DNA of 64,000 bases, taken from Candidatus Cloacimonadales bacterium (GTDB lineage: Bacteria > Cloacimonadota > Cloacimonadia > Cloacimonadales > JAIOQZ01). A model generated the notes under the pieces. It saw only the letters and a list, made by a program, of their open reading frames with translations. It searched no databases and was not told the DNA's origin. The first letter of the stretch is position 1. Every line of letters starts with the position of its first letter. Positions 37,350-47,570 of this stretch are shown piece by piece. The stretch is from positions 3,488,001 through 3,552,000 of the forward strand of contig OY771587.1 of NCBI GenBank assembly GCA_963674825.1, read 5' to 3'. The translations under genes were made by a program, and so were the position numbers.

Positions 37350-39137
37350 ATGAGCAATGTAACTGTTGAAATAAACGGAATTAAAACGGAAGTACCGCAG
37401 GGTACTACCATTATTGAAGCCGCAAAGAAAGTCGGCATCAATATTCCAACCTTGTGCTACCACGAGGACCTCAAACCGACCGCTGCCTGTGGTGTCTGTG
37501 TCGTTGAGATCGAAGGTGCGCCGACTCCTAAGCGCGCTTGCAGCACCCCCGTATGGGAAGGCATGAAAATCAAGACCAACAGCAAGATGCTTCGTTCCAT
37601 CCGTAAGACCGTGATCGAAATGATCCTTTCGAACCACGACGTCGTCTGCCCCACCTGCGTGGCAAACGGTAAGTGCGAACTCCAGAGCATCGCTTATACC
37701 ATGGATATCGATCCCAACGCTGTTCCGAAAATCCTCGAGAAGAAACCCGTGGACTACAGCAGTGTTTCGATCATCCGCGACGTAAACAAATGTATCAACT
37801 GCGGACGCTGTATCCAGGTTTGTAACGAAGTTCAGACTGTTAATGCGCTGACCTTCGCAGAACGTGGATTCGATGCGCATGTCGATACCGTGCTCTCATT
37901 GGGCATGGCATCAAGCGCTTGCGTCAACTGCGGTCAATGTACCGTTTACTGCCCGACCGGCGCGCTTCATGAGAAAGACGACACCGAACGCGTATGGGAT
38001 GCTCTTCTGGATCCCGAGAAGCACGTTGTTGTCCAGGAAGCTCCGTCCATCCGTGTCGCCCTTGGCGAAAACTGGGGTATGGATGTCGGTTCGGTCACGA
38101 CCAGCAAGATGTACACCGCGCTGAAGATGCTCGGATTCGACTCGATCTTCGATACCAACTTCTCGGCTGACCTCACCATCATGGAAGAGGGTACCGAGGT
38201 TGTCGGACGTATCGTCGCCGGAACCAAGAACCTTCCGTGTATCACATCCTGCTCACCGGGCTGGGTTAAATTCATGGAAACTTATTTCCCGCGTCTCGCT
38301 TGCAACGTTTCCACCGCGAAATCACCGCAGCAGATGATGGGTGCCCTTGCTAAAACATATTACGCAGAACAGAAAGGAATCGATCCTTCGAAGATATTCT
38401 CCGTTTCAATCATGCCATGTACCGCGAAAAAATTCGAGTGCCAGCGTGAAGAAATGAAAGATTCGGGATACCAGGATGTCGACGTGGTCCTCACCACTCG
38501 CGAACTGGTCCGTATGATCAACGAAGCCGGTATCGATTTCCCGAACCTGCCAGACACTGAAGACGTTTACCTTGAGCTCTCCGAGCATACCGGCGCTGCA
38601 ACAATCTTTGGCGCAACCGGTGGTGTGATGGAAGCTGCTCTCCGTAGCGCATACTACCTCGTAACCGGAAACGACCTTCCGGACGTCAACATCACAGCCG
38701 TTCGCGGTATGGAAGGCGTCAAGGAAGCGGAAGTGAAGATCAACGACGATCTGACACTCAAGGTTGCCGTAGCGCACGGACTTGGTAACGCTCGTAAGCT
38801 GATGGAGAAGATCCAGAAGCAGATCGACGAAACCGGCAAGAGCGAATATCACTTCGTCGAAGTGATGGCTTGCCCCGGTGGTTGCGTCGGTGGTGGTGGA
38901 CAGCCGTTCGGTAGCAGCCTTGCAATGCGCGCACGCCGTGGAGAAGGTCTCTATCAGGATGACCGCAATCTGCCGAAACGCTGCTCGCATCACAACCCGA
39001 TGATTGCGAAGATCTACGAGACCTTCCTTGAAAAACCGGGTTCCCACAAGGCACACGAGCTGCTTCATACCCATTACTACAAACGTGAACAGTTCAAGGG
39101 ACAGGTGGTTGAAAGCTTCAAGTGCGAAGATCACTAA
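37350..39137 (+). CDS. hydA: [FeFe]-hydrogenase catalytic subunit, group A
   Basis: H-cluster motifs TSCSPGW, MPCTAKKFE, EVMACPGGCVGGGGQP; N-terminal [2Fe-2S], His-ligated [4Fe-4S] and 2x[4Fe-4S]. Confidence 0.95.
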   Translation: MSNVTVEINGIKTEVPQGTTIIEAAKKVGINIPTLCYHEDLKPTAACGVCVVEIEGAPTPKRACSTPVWEGMKIKTNSKMLRSIRKTVIEMILSNHDVVCPTCVANGKCELQSIAYTMDIDPNAVPKILEKKPVDYSSVSIIRDVNKCINCGRCIQVCNEVQTVNALTFAERGFDAHVDTVLSLGMASSACVNCGQCTVYCPTGALHEKDDTERVWDALLDPEKHVVVQEAPSIRVALGENWGMDVGSVTTSKMYTALKMLGFDSIFDTNFSADLTIMEEGTEVVGRIVAGTKNLPCITSCSPGWVKFMETYFPRLACNVSTAKSPQQMMGALAKTYYAEQKGIDPSKIFSVSIMPCTAKKFECQREEMKDSGYQDVDVVLTTRELVRMINEAGIDFPNLPDTEDVYLELSEHTGAATIFGATGGVMEAALRSAYYLVTGNDLPDVNITAVRGMEGVKEAEVKINDDLTLKVAVAHGLGNARKLMEKIQKQIDETGKSEYHFVEVMACPGGCVGGGGQPFGSSLAMRARRGEGLYQDDRNLPKRCSHHNPMIAKIYETFLEKPGSHKAHELLHTHYYKREQFKGQVVESFKCEDH

Positions 39138-39163
39138 ACCATACGAACTGAGCTAATACGATT

Positions 39164-39194
39164 AACGCTCCTGCCTTCCGGTGGGAGCGTTTTA
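39164..39194 (+). terminator. Intrinsic terminator of the hydrogenase operon
   Basis: AACGCTCCTGCC-TTCC-GGTGGGAGCGTT then T tract. Confidence 0.8.
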
Positions 39195-39204
39195 TTATTG
39201 CCTG

Positions 39205-39229
39205 GGAACGCGGACGTCCCCGTCCGCAT
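39205..39229. repeat. REP-like extragenic palindrome, copy 2
   Basis: GGAACGCGGACGTCCCCGTCCGCAT. Confidence 0.7.
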
Positions 39230-39319
39230 CTCTCTTCACTTCGTCAATCATGCACGACCTACGAAATCAACATTCGGAAGAGCCTCACTTCATTCGCCAC
39301 ATTCGGAAGATGATTACGT

Positions 39320-39347
39320 AAAAAAAAGGCAATCACAACGGATTGCC
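39320..39347 (-). terminator. Intrinsic terminator downstream of crcB
   Basis: A8-GGCAATC-ACAACG-GATTGCC on the + strand. Confidence 0.7.
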
Positions 39348-39379
39348 CATACAACGTAAAACAATATTGTGCTATGTAG

Positions 39380-39757
39380 CTAAATATATCTCCCAAGGAA
39401 TACGCCAGAAAATAGCGCAACAAGTCCGAGGCCGTTCTGCAGCGCGATGTTCATCATAGCGTGCATCCACGCGGATGATCGAACCAACGTTCCTGTATCG
39501 ACCATAATCGCCGAGAAGGTTGTAAATGCCCCCATAAAACCGATGAAAACGATGATTCGTGTCTGCTCCGAGAGATGCAGCCGGTTTTCGAAAAAAGAAA
39601 GCAGCACCCCAGCGGCAAAGCAGCCGATCAGATTTACGAAAAACGTTCCGCCAAACACCGCGTGGCTCGAAATGCGGTTGATCCCGACGGAAAGCCCGTA
39701 CCGTGCCAGCGTACCAAGCGCACCGGCGATCGCGAGTAATACTATCTTTTGAATCAT
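39380..39757 (-). CDS. crcB: Fluoride channel Fluc/CrcB
   Basis: GALGTLARY; GTFFVNLIGCF; GFMGAFTTFS. Confidence 0.92.
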   Translation of the reverse strand: MIQKIVLLAIAGALGTLARYGLSVGINRISSHAVFGGTFFVNLIGCFAAGVLLSFFENRLHLSEQTRIIVFIGFMGAFTTFSAIMVDTGTLVRSSAWMHAMMNIALQNGLGLVALFSGVFLGRYI

Positions 39758-39923
39758 TGGTTACCTCAACATTATCACGATCCATTTGCAGAAAGCATTG
39801 CGCAGCGTCAAGTTGAAACGTTCGTATCTCGGCGAATAGGCATCAGAAGCGCATTTTTTTATTACTCATGGACATTTTCTCGACAAAACAGAACAAGTTT
39901 TCACAATTCGTCCCGGTAAAACG

Positions 39924-41096
39924 ATGAGCGAAATCAAAGACAAACTCAAATTGCTGGGCCTGAAGCTCACACCCAAAGAGAAACCGCAGCCGAAGCCAAT
40001 GACATATCGCTTGGGGGATCACCTCGAAGGCGGATACATGGACACGGCAAGCGGCAGTATCTTCGTGCGTGAGACCTTGTTTCCGAAAGACTACGCCCAC
40101 GGCTGGCTCTCCCCCATCCGATATCCAGAGGAATCTCCGCTTCTCGATCGTTATGCCAACGTTGAGCGTTCAGCGCCCAACCGCGTCGTCTATATCGATA
40201 CAGAGACAACCGGACTCGCCGGTGGGACTGGAACCTATGCTTTCATGGTCGGTGTGGGGCGTTTTACGGATGATGGCTTTCTTTTACGGCAATACGTGAT
40301 GGCGGATCCAATTGAAGAGATATTCCTTATCGAAGCACTCGATGCCGAGTTCAAGAGCGCTGATGCAACCGTTTCGTTCAACGGAAAATCCTTCGACATC
40401 CCGCTCCTGGAGAGTCGTTTCATTTTATGCGGTTTCACATCGCTATTTGAAAACATCCAGCACTACGACTTGCTTCATCCTGCTCGCAGGCTGTGGAAGA
40501 ACCGCTCCGAGACCTGCCAGCTTAGTGCATTGGAGTACTTCATCCTGGGAATACTGCGCTCCGAGGAAGACATTCCAGGATACATGATTCCACAGCTCTA
40601 CTTCGATTTCCTAAAAATGCGCGACACCGAGTTTTTCGATGGTATCCTTTACCATAATCGAGAAGATATTATTAGCCTGGCTGCGTTTCATCAACTCATT
40701 GCTGGGATTCTGCAAAATCCGGATGCCTATCCGGAGAAGATCCTTGATCGTTTCGAACTGGGTAAACTCTATGAAGATATTGGTGAGACGGATCTTGCGC
40801 TCGCTCAATACGAACTGGTTGGAGACCCGATCATTGGCCTGAAGCTGCGCCATTCTTTCCTTTGCAAACGCACCGGTGATATTGAGAAAGCAGTCTCAAT
40901 ATGGCGTGAAGAAGATAGCTGTGAATACGCGATGTTGGAACTGGCCAAGTATTACGAGCACAAAGAAAAAGATTATATGATGGCTTTATATTACACAAAG
41001 AAGCTGATCGAATCGGAGCTGGAAATCAGACGCGTTGAGGATCACACAAAAAGGCTCCGGCGCTTGCAGAAGAAGCTCGAAGCCTTAAATTTATAA
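39924..41096 (+). CDS. RNase H-like DEDD exonuclease (YprB/MrfB-like) with TPR C-terminus
   Basis: YIDTETTGLAGGTG; SFNGKSFDIPLL; HYDLLHPARRLW; HNREDI; ELAKYYEH. Confidence 0.85.
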   Translation: MSEIKDKLKLLGLKLTPKEKPQPKPMTYRLGDHLEGGYMDTASGSIFVRETLFPKDYAHGWLSPIRYPEESPLLDRYANVERSAPNRVVYIDTETTGLAGGTGTYAFMVGVGRFTDDGFLLRQYVMADPIEEIFLIEALDAEFKSADATVSFNGKSFDIPLLESRFILCGFTSLFENIQHYDLLHPARRLWKNRSETCQLSALEYFILGILRSEEDIPGYMIPQLYFDFLKMRDTEFFDGILYHNREDIISLAAFHQLIAGILQNPDAYPEKILDRFELGKLYEDIGETDLALAQYELVGDPIIGLKLRHSFLCKRTGDIEKAVSIWREEDSCEYAMLELAKYYEHKEKDYMMALYYTKKLIESELEIRRVEDHTKRLRRLQKKLEALNL

Positions 41097-41106
41097 CGTC
41101 TTATAA

Positions 41107-41886
41107 TTAGCTGTGGCGTGCCCGGCACAGTCCCCGATGGGAATTTTGAGCGAACTCGATGAATCGCTGTTGTTCGAGAGTTGGATTCTCGATTTCCAAC
41201 GCCTTCTCGAGCGCATCACCGCGGTTCATTCCCGATCGGTAGAACAAATCGTAGATCGTCTTGATCGATTCAATCTGCTCTGCGGAAAACCCCTTTCGCT
41301 GTAAACCTACCGTGTTCAGTCCGGAAAGCCTGTACGGCATATCTTCACCGCGCGTGTAGGGCGGAACGTCCATCTTGACGCCCGATTTCCCACCGACGAA
41401 TGCATATGCGCCGATCTGCACAAACTGATGAACAGCCGTCATACCGCCGATAGTGACGAAGTCCTGAATCGTAATATGGCCGGCGAGGTTAACCGCGTTG
41501 GCGATGATCACGTTACTGCCGATATGGCAGTTATGCGCTACATGCGCGTAGGCCATCAGGAGGTTGTTGTCGCCCACGGTGACGGGCTCGTCCATGGTCG
41601 CGCTTTTGTTGATCGTGACGAATTCACGGATCGTGTTACCGTTGCCGATAATCAGTCTTGTGGGTTCGTTCTTGAATTTCAGGTCCTGAGGATCGGTAGC
41701 AATCACGGCAGAGTGGAAGAAACGGTTGTTCTGCCCGATCTCTGTGTGACCGTCGATCACTACATTCGAAACCAGTTCGCATCCGTCACCGATCGAGACA
41801 TGCTCGCCGATAATGCAATACGGACCTATTTTGACATTGTTTCCAATTCTGGCGTTGGGATGTACAATCGCTGTTGGATGAACCAT
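41107..41886 (-). CDS. lpxA: UDP-N-acetylglucosamine acyltransferase
   Basis: Hexapeptide repeats; PQDLKF; IREFVTI; MAYAHVAHNC; VHQF. Confidence 0.95.
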   Translation of the reverse strand: MVHPTAIVHPNARIGNNVKIGPYCIIGEHVSIGDGCELVSNVVIDGHTEIGQNNRFFHSAVIATDPQDLKFKNEPTRLIIGNGNTIREFVTINKSATMDEPVTVGDNNLLMAYAHVAHNCHIGSNVIIANAVNLAGHITIQDFVTIGGMTAVHQFVQIGAYAFVGGKSGVKMDVPPYTRGEDMPYRLSGLNTVGLQRKGFSAEQIESIKTIYDLFYRSGMNRGDALEKALEIENPTLEQQRFIEFAQNSHRGLCRARHS

Positions 41887-41894
41887 TGGAACCT

Positions 41895-43289
41895 CTATTT
41901 CTTCATTAGTTTTGCGAGGAAATCGCCTTCGCAGACCTTTTGATCGCCCACATACGCGTCACCGTGCATTTTGACCAGCGTGCGCTTGAGCGAGATCACT
42001 TCCAGTTCGAACCGCAGTGTATCCCCCGGAAGAACCGGTTTGCGGAATTTAACGTTGTCGATCGACGCGAAGTACGCGACATAGTTCTCGGGATCATCGT
42101 ACTCGTTGAGGATCATGATGCCCCCGGTTTGTGCCATGGCTTCCACGATCAGGACACCTGGCATAACGGGATGCCCGGGGAAATGCCCCTGGAAGAACGG
42201 CTCGTTGATGGTGACATTCTTGATACCCACAATGCGCTTGCCGGCCTCGAATTCCGTGATTTTATCGACCAGCAAGAATGGATAGCGATGCGGCAGCATG
42301 CGCTGGATCGCGTTGATATCGAATACTACGTCTTTGAGCTTCTTGCCTTGGAAGGCCTTCTGCATCTCTTGTTTCTTGTGGATACCGCGAAGCTTTTTGA
42401 CCAGTTCGACGTTGGTCTTGTGTCCGCTGCGCGCTGCAAGGATATGGCCCTTGATGGGCAGTCCCAGAAGCGCGATATCGCCGATCAAGTCGACGACTTT
42501 ATGACGTACAAACTCGTTGTGGAAGCGCAACGGCGTGTTCATGAGAACTCCACGATCGCTAATCTCCACATTGTCGTAGTGGAACAGCTCTTTAAGCTTG
42601 TTCATCTTTTCTTCGGATATGTCCGGACCTGCAATCACCAGTGCGTTCTCGAGGCTGCCGCCCTTGATGAGGCCGGCTTCCTTGAGCGCGAGGATTTCGT
42701 GCAGGAAGCAAAAGGTACGCGCGGGAGCGAATTCCTTCTCGAAGTAATCCATGGAGGGCAGCCAGGTGTACTGTGTACCCACGTATTTGCTCGCGTATTC
42801 TACCATGAAGGTGACTTTAAGCTCGTTGGACGGGACGATCACAACATCGACATTGTCTTCCGTAGCGGAAAACGAAATGGGTTCGTCGAATTCAAAGTAT
42901 TCGCGTGGGCTGTTTTGCCTGATGTGTCCCACTTGATCCAGCAGCTTCATGAACGGAAGCGCGCTTCCATCGGCCACAGGAACTTCCGGTCCGTTCACTT
43001 CGACCCTTACGTTGTCCAGATCGCAGCCACGGATCGCGGCCAGGAGATGCTCGACCGTCGCAACAGACGCGTCGTTGATACCGATTGTCGTACCTCTGGA
43101 AATATCGATCACATGGTCGATATCAGCCGGAATCTCCGGGCTGCCTGGTAAGTCGGTACGGATGAAGACGATGCCCTCATCTTCGCCTGCCGGTTTAAAT
43201 GTCACTGTGGAAATCTCGCCGTAGTGAAGGCCGATTCCCGTATAACTGATTTGCCCACCTATCGTATGTTGATAATCTCTCATGATCAT
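41895..43289 (-). CDS. lpxC: Bifunctional LpxC/FabZ
   Basis: GIGLH, TVEHLL, RHKVVDLIGD, GHKTN (LpxC); LPHRYPFLLVD, FQGHFPGHPVMPGVLIVEAMAQ (FabZ). Confidence 0.95.
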   Translation of the reverse strand: MIMRDYQHTIGGQISYTGIGLHYGEISTVTFKPAGEDEGIVFIRTDLPGSPEIPADIDHVIDISRGTTIGINDASVATVEHLLAAIRGCDLDNVRVEVNGPEVPVADGSALPFMKLLDQVGHIRQNSPREYFEFDEPISFSATEDNVDVVIVPSNELKVTFMVEYASKYVGTQYTWLPSMDYFEKEFAPARTFCFLHEILALKEAGLIKGGSLENALVIAGPDISEEKMNKLKELFHYDNVEISDRGVLMNTPLRFHNEFVRHKVVDLIGDIALLGLPIKGHILAARSGHKTNVELVKKLRGIHKKQEMQKAFQGKKLKDVVFDINAIQRMLPHRYPFLLVDKITEFEAGKRIVGIKNVTINEPFFQGHFPGHPVMPGVLIVEAMAQTGGIMILNEYDDPENYVAYFASIDNVKFRKPVLPGDTLRFELEVISLKRTLVKMHGDAYVGDQKVCEGDFLAKLMKK

Positions 43290-44332
43290 TCCTCGTTTTT
43301 CTTCTTCTTCAGGAACTTACGCGTCTCTTTCATGAATTCGGGAAGCTTCATCAGGCTGAGGAGAACCCTCTTCTGTTGTGTCGCGTCCAGAGCCGGTGTT
43401 CCGAAGAGTTTCGCACCATCGGGCGCATCTTTGGCGAGGCCAGATTGAGCGGCGACCAGAACTTCGTCGCCGATCTTGGTGTGATCCGCCACGCCGACCT
43501 GCCCCGCAAGGTAGCAGCGACTACCGATCTCGGTACTTCCCGCAATTCCCACCTGCGAACAGAGAATCGTATCGGTGGCAATCACCACATTGTGGCCGAC
43601 CTGCACAAGGTTGTCCAGCTTGGTACGAGCACCGATGATGGTCGAGCCGAGTGTGGCGCGATCCACGCAACTGTTTGCGCCGATTTCCACATCGTCTTCG
43701 ATGATTACGTCGCCAATCTGCGGAATCTTGGCCTGCCTGCCTTCTATCAGCGCGTAACCGAAGCCATCTGCTCCGATCACCACGCCGCTGTGCAGAATCA
43801 CGCGATCCTGCAAAACACAATCGTCATATACTGTAACGTTCGCAAACAACTTACACCCTTTCCCAATCTTCACACGATCGCCGATTACGCAGTTCGCACC
43901 GATTATACAGTCGTTTCCGACGATCGAATTCTCTCCGATCACCACGCCCGGTGCGATATCGACATTCTTGCCGATCGTTGCCGATTCTGCTATATCCGAT
44001 GCCCTGCTCACGTGACGTTTTTTGCTGCGGCTTTCCGCTTCAAGCATTCCCGAGACAAGCATCATAAACGCCATCATTGGCCGTTCCACGATCAGACTAT
44101 TGCGGTTTTCAAACCCTTCTTCATAGAGCTTGGGGCTGACAAGAAGCAAGCCAGCGCGCGAAGCTTTGGCCGCTTCCAGAAAAGTGGGATTCTCCAGAAA
44201 GCAGATCGAAGTTTCGTCTGCATTCTCGGGAGAGGCAACGCTGGAAAGTTGCACAGAAGGATCGCCCTTGAGCTCACCTTTGAGGAGAAGCGCGATTTGG
44301 CCAGCGGTGCTTGTTGAACTGAAACGTTTCAT
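43286..44332 (-). CDS. lpxD: UDP-3-O-acylglucosamine N-acyltransferase
   Basis: IGADGFGY; EIGANSCVDRA; TKLDNLVQVGHNV. Confidence 0.95.
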   Translation of the reverse strand: MKRFSSTSTAGQIALLLKGELKGDPSVQLSSVASPENADETSICFLENPTFLEAAKASRAGLLLVSPKLYEEGFENRNSLIVERPMMAFMMLVSGMLEAESRSKKRHVSRASDIAESATIGKNVDIAPGVVIGENSIVGNDCIIGANCVIGDRVKIGKGCKLFANVTVYDDCVLQDRVILHSGVVIGADGFGYALIEGRQAKIPQIGDVIIEDDVEIGANSCVDRATLGSTIIGARTKLDNLVQVGHNVVIATDTILCSQVGIAGSTEIGSRCYLAGQVGVADHTKIGDEVLVAAQSGLAKDAPDGAKLFGTPALDATQQKRVLLSLMKLPEFMKETRKFLKKKKNEE

Positions 44333-44333
44333 T

Positions 44334-44876
44334 TTATTCCTGGGTATTTCCTGTATCTTCGTCGGCTGCGGCGTTCATTTCGTCCAGTACGATGTCGGTG
44401 ACATCGAGGCTCGGAACTGCGTAGAGGACGCCAACCGTGCTATCGAGAATCAGAGAGTAGCTGTATTCATCTGCAACTTTCTTGATTGCGATATTGATCT
44501 TGTTCATGATCGGTTCGAGAAGTTCTTCGTTCTTGCGAGCGGCCTTACCGTTTTCACCGAAGATTTCCTGAATGAGCTGTTTGCGCTCTTCCATCTTCGT
44601 GTTGATCGCTGCTTCAGCTTCTTTCTTTCCTGCGTCGGTCATGGTGAGTTTACGATTTTCGTATTCTTCGGAGAGACGATCAATCTCGTCTTCGAGTTCG
44701 GTAACCTGCTGTTCCCAGACCTGCATTTCGCTTTCAAAAAGCTGCTCGGCTTCCTGACGGTCTGTTGATTCCATCATCAGGCGGCTGCTGTCCACATAAC
44801 CGATCTTGAGTTCATCCGATGCCATCAGCGCCATTACAAACACTGTCAGGATCAGAGCCAATATTATCTTCTTCAT
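44334..44876 (-). CDS. skp: OmpH/Skp periplasmic chaperone
   Basis: KIGYVDS; coiled coil; VLYA..LDVTD; position next to lpxD. Confidence 0.9.
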   Translation of the reverse strand: MKKIILALILTVFVMALMASDELKIGYVDSSRLMMESTDRQEAEQLFESEMQVWEQQVTELEDEIDRLSEEYENRKLTMTDAGKKEAEAAINTKMEERKQLIQEIFGENGKAARKNEELLEPIMNKINIAIKKVADEYSYSLILDSTVGVLYAVPSLDVTDIVLDEMNAAADEDTGNTQE

Positions 44877-44966
44877 GATTCCTCCGTTTATCGAATCTTA
44901 TTATTATCTTTGTAAGTTTTCCATAAAAAATTCCGGTAAGTCTGCGTCAATAGAAAAACGCAGCCC

Positions 44967-47549
44967 CTACCTGGCGGCGAGAATCCGCTGTTTCAAATCT
45001 TCGACACCAACAAAATCGGGATTAACCTCTTCGATCTGCTGGATTTCCTTCAAAGCGTCATCGTAACGTCCGCTCTCGAAATAAATTCCGGCTGCGACGA
45101 ACCGAATATTGATGCTTTCGGGATGCCGTGCGATGTAGTTACTAAGCGGCTCGATCACCAGATTGAAATCACGGGTACGATAGGCGATATTCATCAATCC
45201 TTCTACAGCACTCAGGTTGTCTGGATTGCGCTTCGCGATATCCTGAAGAATCACGCGTGCCCGATCCAGGTCACCTTTCGCGAGATAGATCGATGCGATT
45301 CCGTACTGTACCTGCACGTTGCCCGGTGCGATCTCTTCCGCGCGTTCGAGTAGCGGTAAGGCTTTCTCTGGCTGGTTCAAGATCAGTAAGCACGACCCCA
45401 GCGTGATAAGGATATCCGGATTGGTATCATCGATTTCATACGCTTCCTGCACGTATCCGAGTGCATCACTCGCGCGGCTAAGCTTGATCAACAGCTTGGC
45501 TTTGAGGGTCAAAACTTTGAGCAGCAGTGTCCTGTCAATCAGCGAAAGCGTGTCGATGGTGTCGATCTTCTCCAGAGCCTGGTCGTAAAAATCCTGTTTA
45601 TCCAGTGCGATCGCAGCCATCAGCGCAACTTCAGGATCATGCGGGATCATTGCCTCGTAAACATCAACCTTCTCATATTTCCCCTGACTGAACAGGTAGC
45701 GAATATAGCGTTTGATCAGCTCCGTATCGGAAGGATTCTCTGCAATCTTGCTCAAAAGTACATCTTCGTTTTCGTCGCGAGGCTCATCTTCTTCCACGAA
45801 TTGGAGTGCGCTGGATGTCTGGCGTTCAGCGTCCGGAGTCTTGCTGTCAAGGTCGTTGAACTGTAATCCCGGAAAAGTGAAACCGCCGATTTTCTCCAGC
45901 ATGGAGATCTGCTTGCGTGTGATATATGAATCGAGCGCCAGGGCGGAGATCCTGCCATGCATCTGCACGGAACGGAACATCTCCAGCCAGCTCAGCGTCT
46001 TTTTCTCACAGTTTGTGAACTGCTCGGTATTTTCCCAAATCTCCTTGCGGGAAGCGAAGACCGGTGTTTCCAGATACGGAATTTCCTTCCATTGCCCGGT
46101 CATGGCGTATGTAAGTTGCCAGCCGATCAGATGTTTAGGCATCTCGTCGGAGACACGGACATGGAATCGGAGCTGTTGCAGGGTGAGGTCTTCGGAGTTT
46201 TCGCAAAGTGGGATAACCAGCCCGAGGCGATCGTTGAGCATCAGATGGTTACTGAGCAGACAGGCCATCATGGGCGAGAATTCCCACCTGGCATCCGCGT
46301 AGATAAAGGTATTCGTGCGTATTTTATCCAGTGCGTTAAAGATCGTCTGTTGCCGGGTCGCACCGGATTCAATCTCAGCGTCGCCGTTACCTGTTCCAGC
46401 CATCAGGATGTCGAAACGGTTTTCGTATTTCTTGAAGATATCGCTGATTTCGTAGCCCTCGGGGTTATCGATGAGGATGGTCCCACGGGGTTCCTGCTGA
46501 TGCAGAAGGTTCAGAGCATGCGATACGATTTTTTCTGCGCTTGTTCCGTCCCGTACGCTGATGAACTGGTTTGCGATCTCCTGCGACTCGGCTGTAGGTG
46601 CCTGGCGCAGAAGTAGGTTGAATACACGTTCCTGGAGCTCTCCTACGTGACGAATACGTGTTCCGACATCCCGGAAACGATACTCAAGGTCGTCGGAAGC
46701 GAAATTGGGGTAGTCTTTCTGCGTAGGGCTGTCGAAGAGAACCACCGGCTTACCCAGTGCAGCGAATTCGTAGATAACCGACGAGACATCGGTGATCAAT
46801 AGGTCGGACGCGGCGAAAGACGGTGCGATATCCATTGATTCCGAGTAGTACATGTTGTGGTCGTGATCGGCAAGGGAGCGGTATTCGCGCTTCCATTCTT
46901 CAGGGGCTGCACCGTGCAGTTTGATGATAATATTCAGATAATCCGGTAGGTATTTGCGGAAATCGGTACGAATATGCGGTACAATGCTGAGTTCTCGATT
47001 AAACGTCGGGGCAAAGAGGATGGTTTTATTGTCTGGATTGAGCCCCATCATGCGAAGCACTTCGGCGCGATTCCATTCTCCCATGAAGAGACTGTCGAGC
47101 TTTGCCATGCCGGTAACTTCGATCGGCACTTTTACCTGTTTCTCCAGAACCTGCTTGTGAATGGTACCGGGGACGCACATCAAGTCGGCGCAATTCTCGC
47201 GACGGCTGATGAGCTTATCGGTGAAGAACCACCCTTTACTGATAGTCCCATGTCCGATATTGACGATCTTGCCCAGTCCTTCCACATACTGGTAGCTGAA
47301 ATCGGCCATGAACGTGATATCCGGCTGCCATGCGTACGGGTCGTCAACCATTTCAAAGGGTACCCGCACGTTCTCATGAAGGACATTCTTGCGCAAGCCA
47401 CGTCCGGGGATCCCCTCGCGTGATTCAAAGTATTCGACTGTTCCGATTCCTATTTCACCAAGCCCGATGTCGTGGATGTATTCCATCAACGGTACGAGCA
47501 TGGGCAGATGAAGTTCGCGTTCTAGAAAGAAGAAAAACCGTCTCTTCAC
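44967..47549 (-). CDS. CDP-glycerol glycerophosphotransferase (TagB/TagF-like) domain protein with C-terminal TPRs
   Basis: IGHG; GMAKLD; ILFAPTF; IKLH; SDLLITDVSSVIYEFAALGKPVV; TPRs. Confidence 0.8.
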   Translation of the reverse strand: MKRRFFFFLERELHLPMLVPLMEYIHDIGLGEIGIGTVEYFESREGIPGRGLRKNVLHENVRVPFEMVDDPYAWQPDITFMADFSYQYVEGLGKIVNIGHGTISKGWFFTDKLISRRENCADLMCVPGTIHKQVLEKQVKVPIEVTGMAKLDSLFMGEWNRAEVLRMMGLNPDNKTILFAPTFNRELSIVPHIRTDFRKYLPDYLNIIIKLHGAAPEEWKREYRSLADHDHNMYYSESMDIAPSFAASDLLITDVSSVIYEFAALGKPVVLFDSPTQKDYPNFASDDLEYRFRDVGTRIRHVGELQERVFNLLLRQAPTAESQEIANQFISVRDGTSAEKIVSHALNLLHQQEPRGTILIDNPEGYEISDIFKKYENRFDILMAGTGNGDAEIESGATRQQTIFNALDKIRTNTFIYADARWEFSPMMACLLSNHLMLNDRLGLVIPLCENSEDLTLQQLRFHVRVSDEMPKHLIGWQLTYAMTGQWKEIPYLETPVFASRKEIWENTEQFTNCEKKTLSWLEMFRSVQMHGRISALALDSYITRKQISMLEKIGGFTFPGLQFNDLDSKTPDAERQTSSALQFVEEDEPRDENEDVLLSKIAENPSDTELIKRYIRYLFSQGKYEKVDVYEAMIPHDPEVALMAAIALDKQDFYDQALEKIDTIDTLSLIDRTLLLKVLTLKAKLLIKLSRASDALGYVQEAYEIDDTNPDILITLGSCLLILNQPEKALPLLERAEEIAPGNVQVQYGIASIYLAKGDLDRARVILQDIAKRNPDNLSAVEGLMNIAYRTRDFNLVIEPLSNYIARHPESINIRFVAAGIYFESGRYDDALKEIQQIEEVNPDFVGVEDLKQRILAAR

Positions 47550-47570
47550 GATACCACCTCAATCGTTACG

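Noticed and set aside
38240..38266. TSCSPGW instead of TSCCPxW in HydA as a novel or inactive variant
   Set aside because: This variant is common in group A multimeric [FeFe]-hydrogenases.
39270..39310. Direct repeat ACATTCGGAAGA x2 downstream of hydA
   Set aside because: Two 12-mers between terminators with no further structure or context.
39758..39923. Fluoride riboswitch upstream of crcB
   Set aside because: No convincing GGCGATG..GTTCGCC/GCTGATGAC pattern; the TTGACG about 50 nt before the ATG leaves little room. An Infernal search with the crcB model would settle it.
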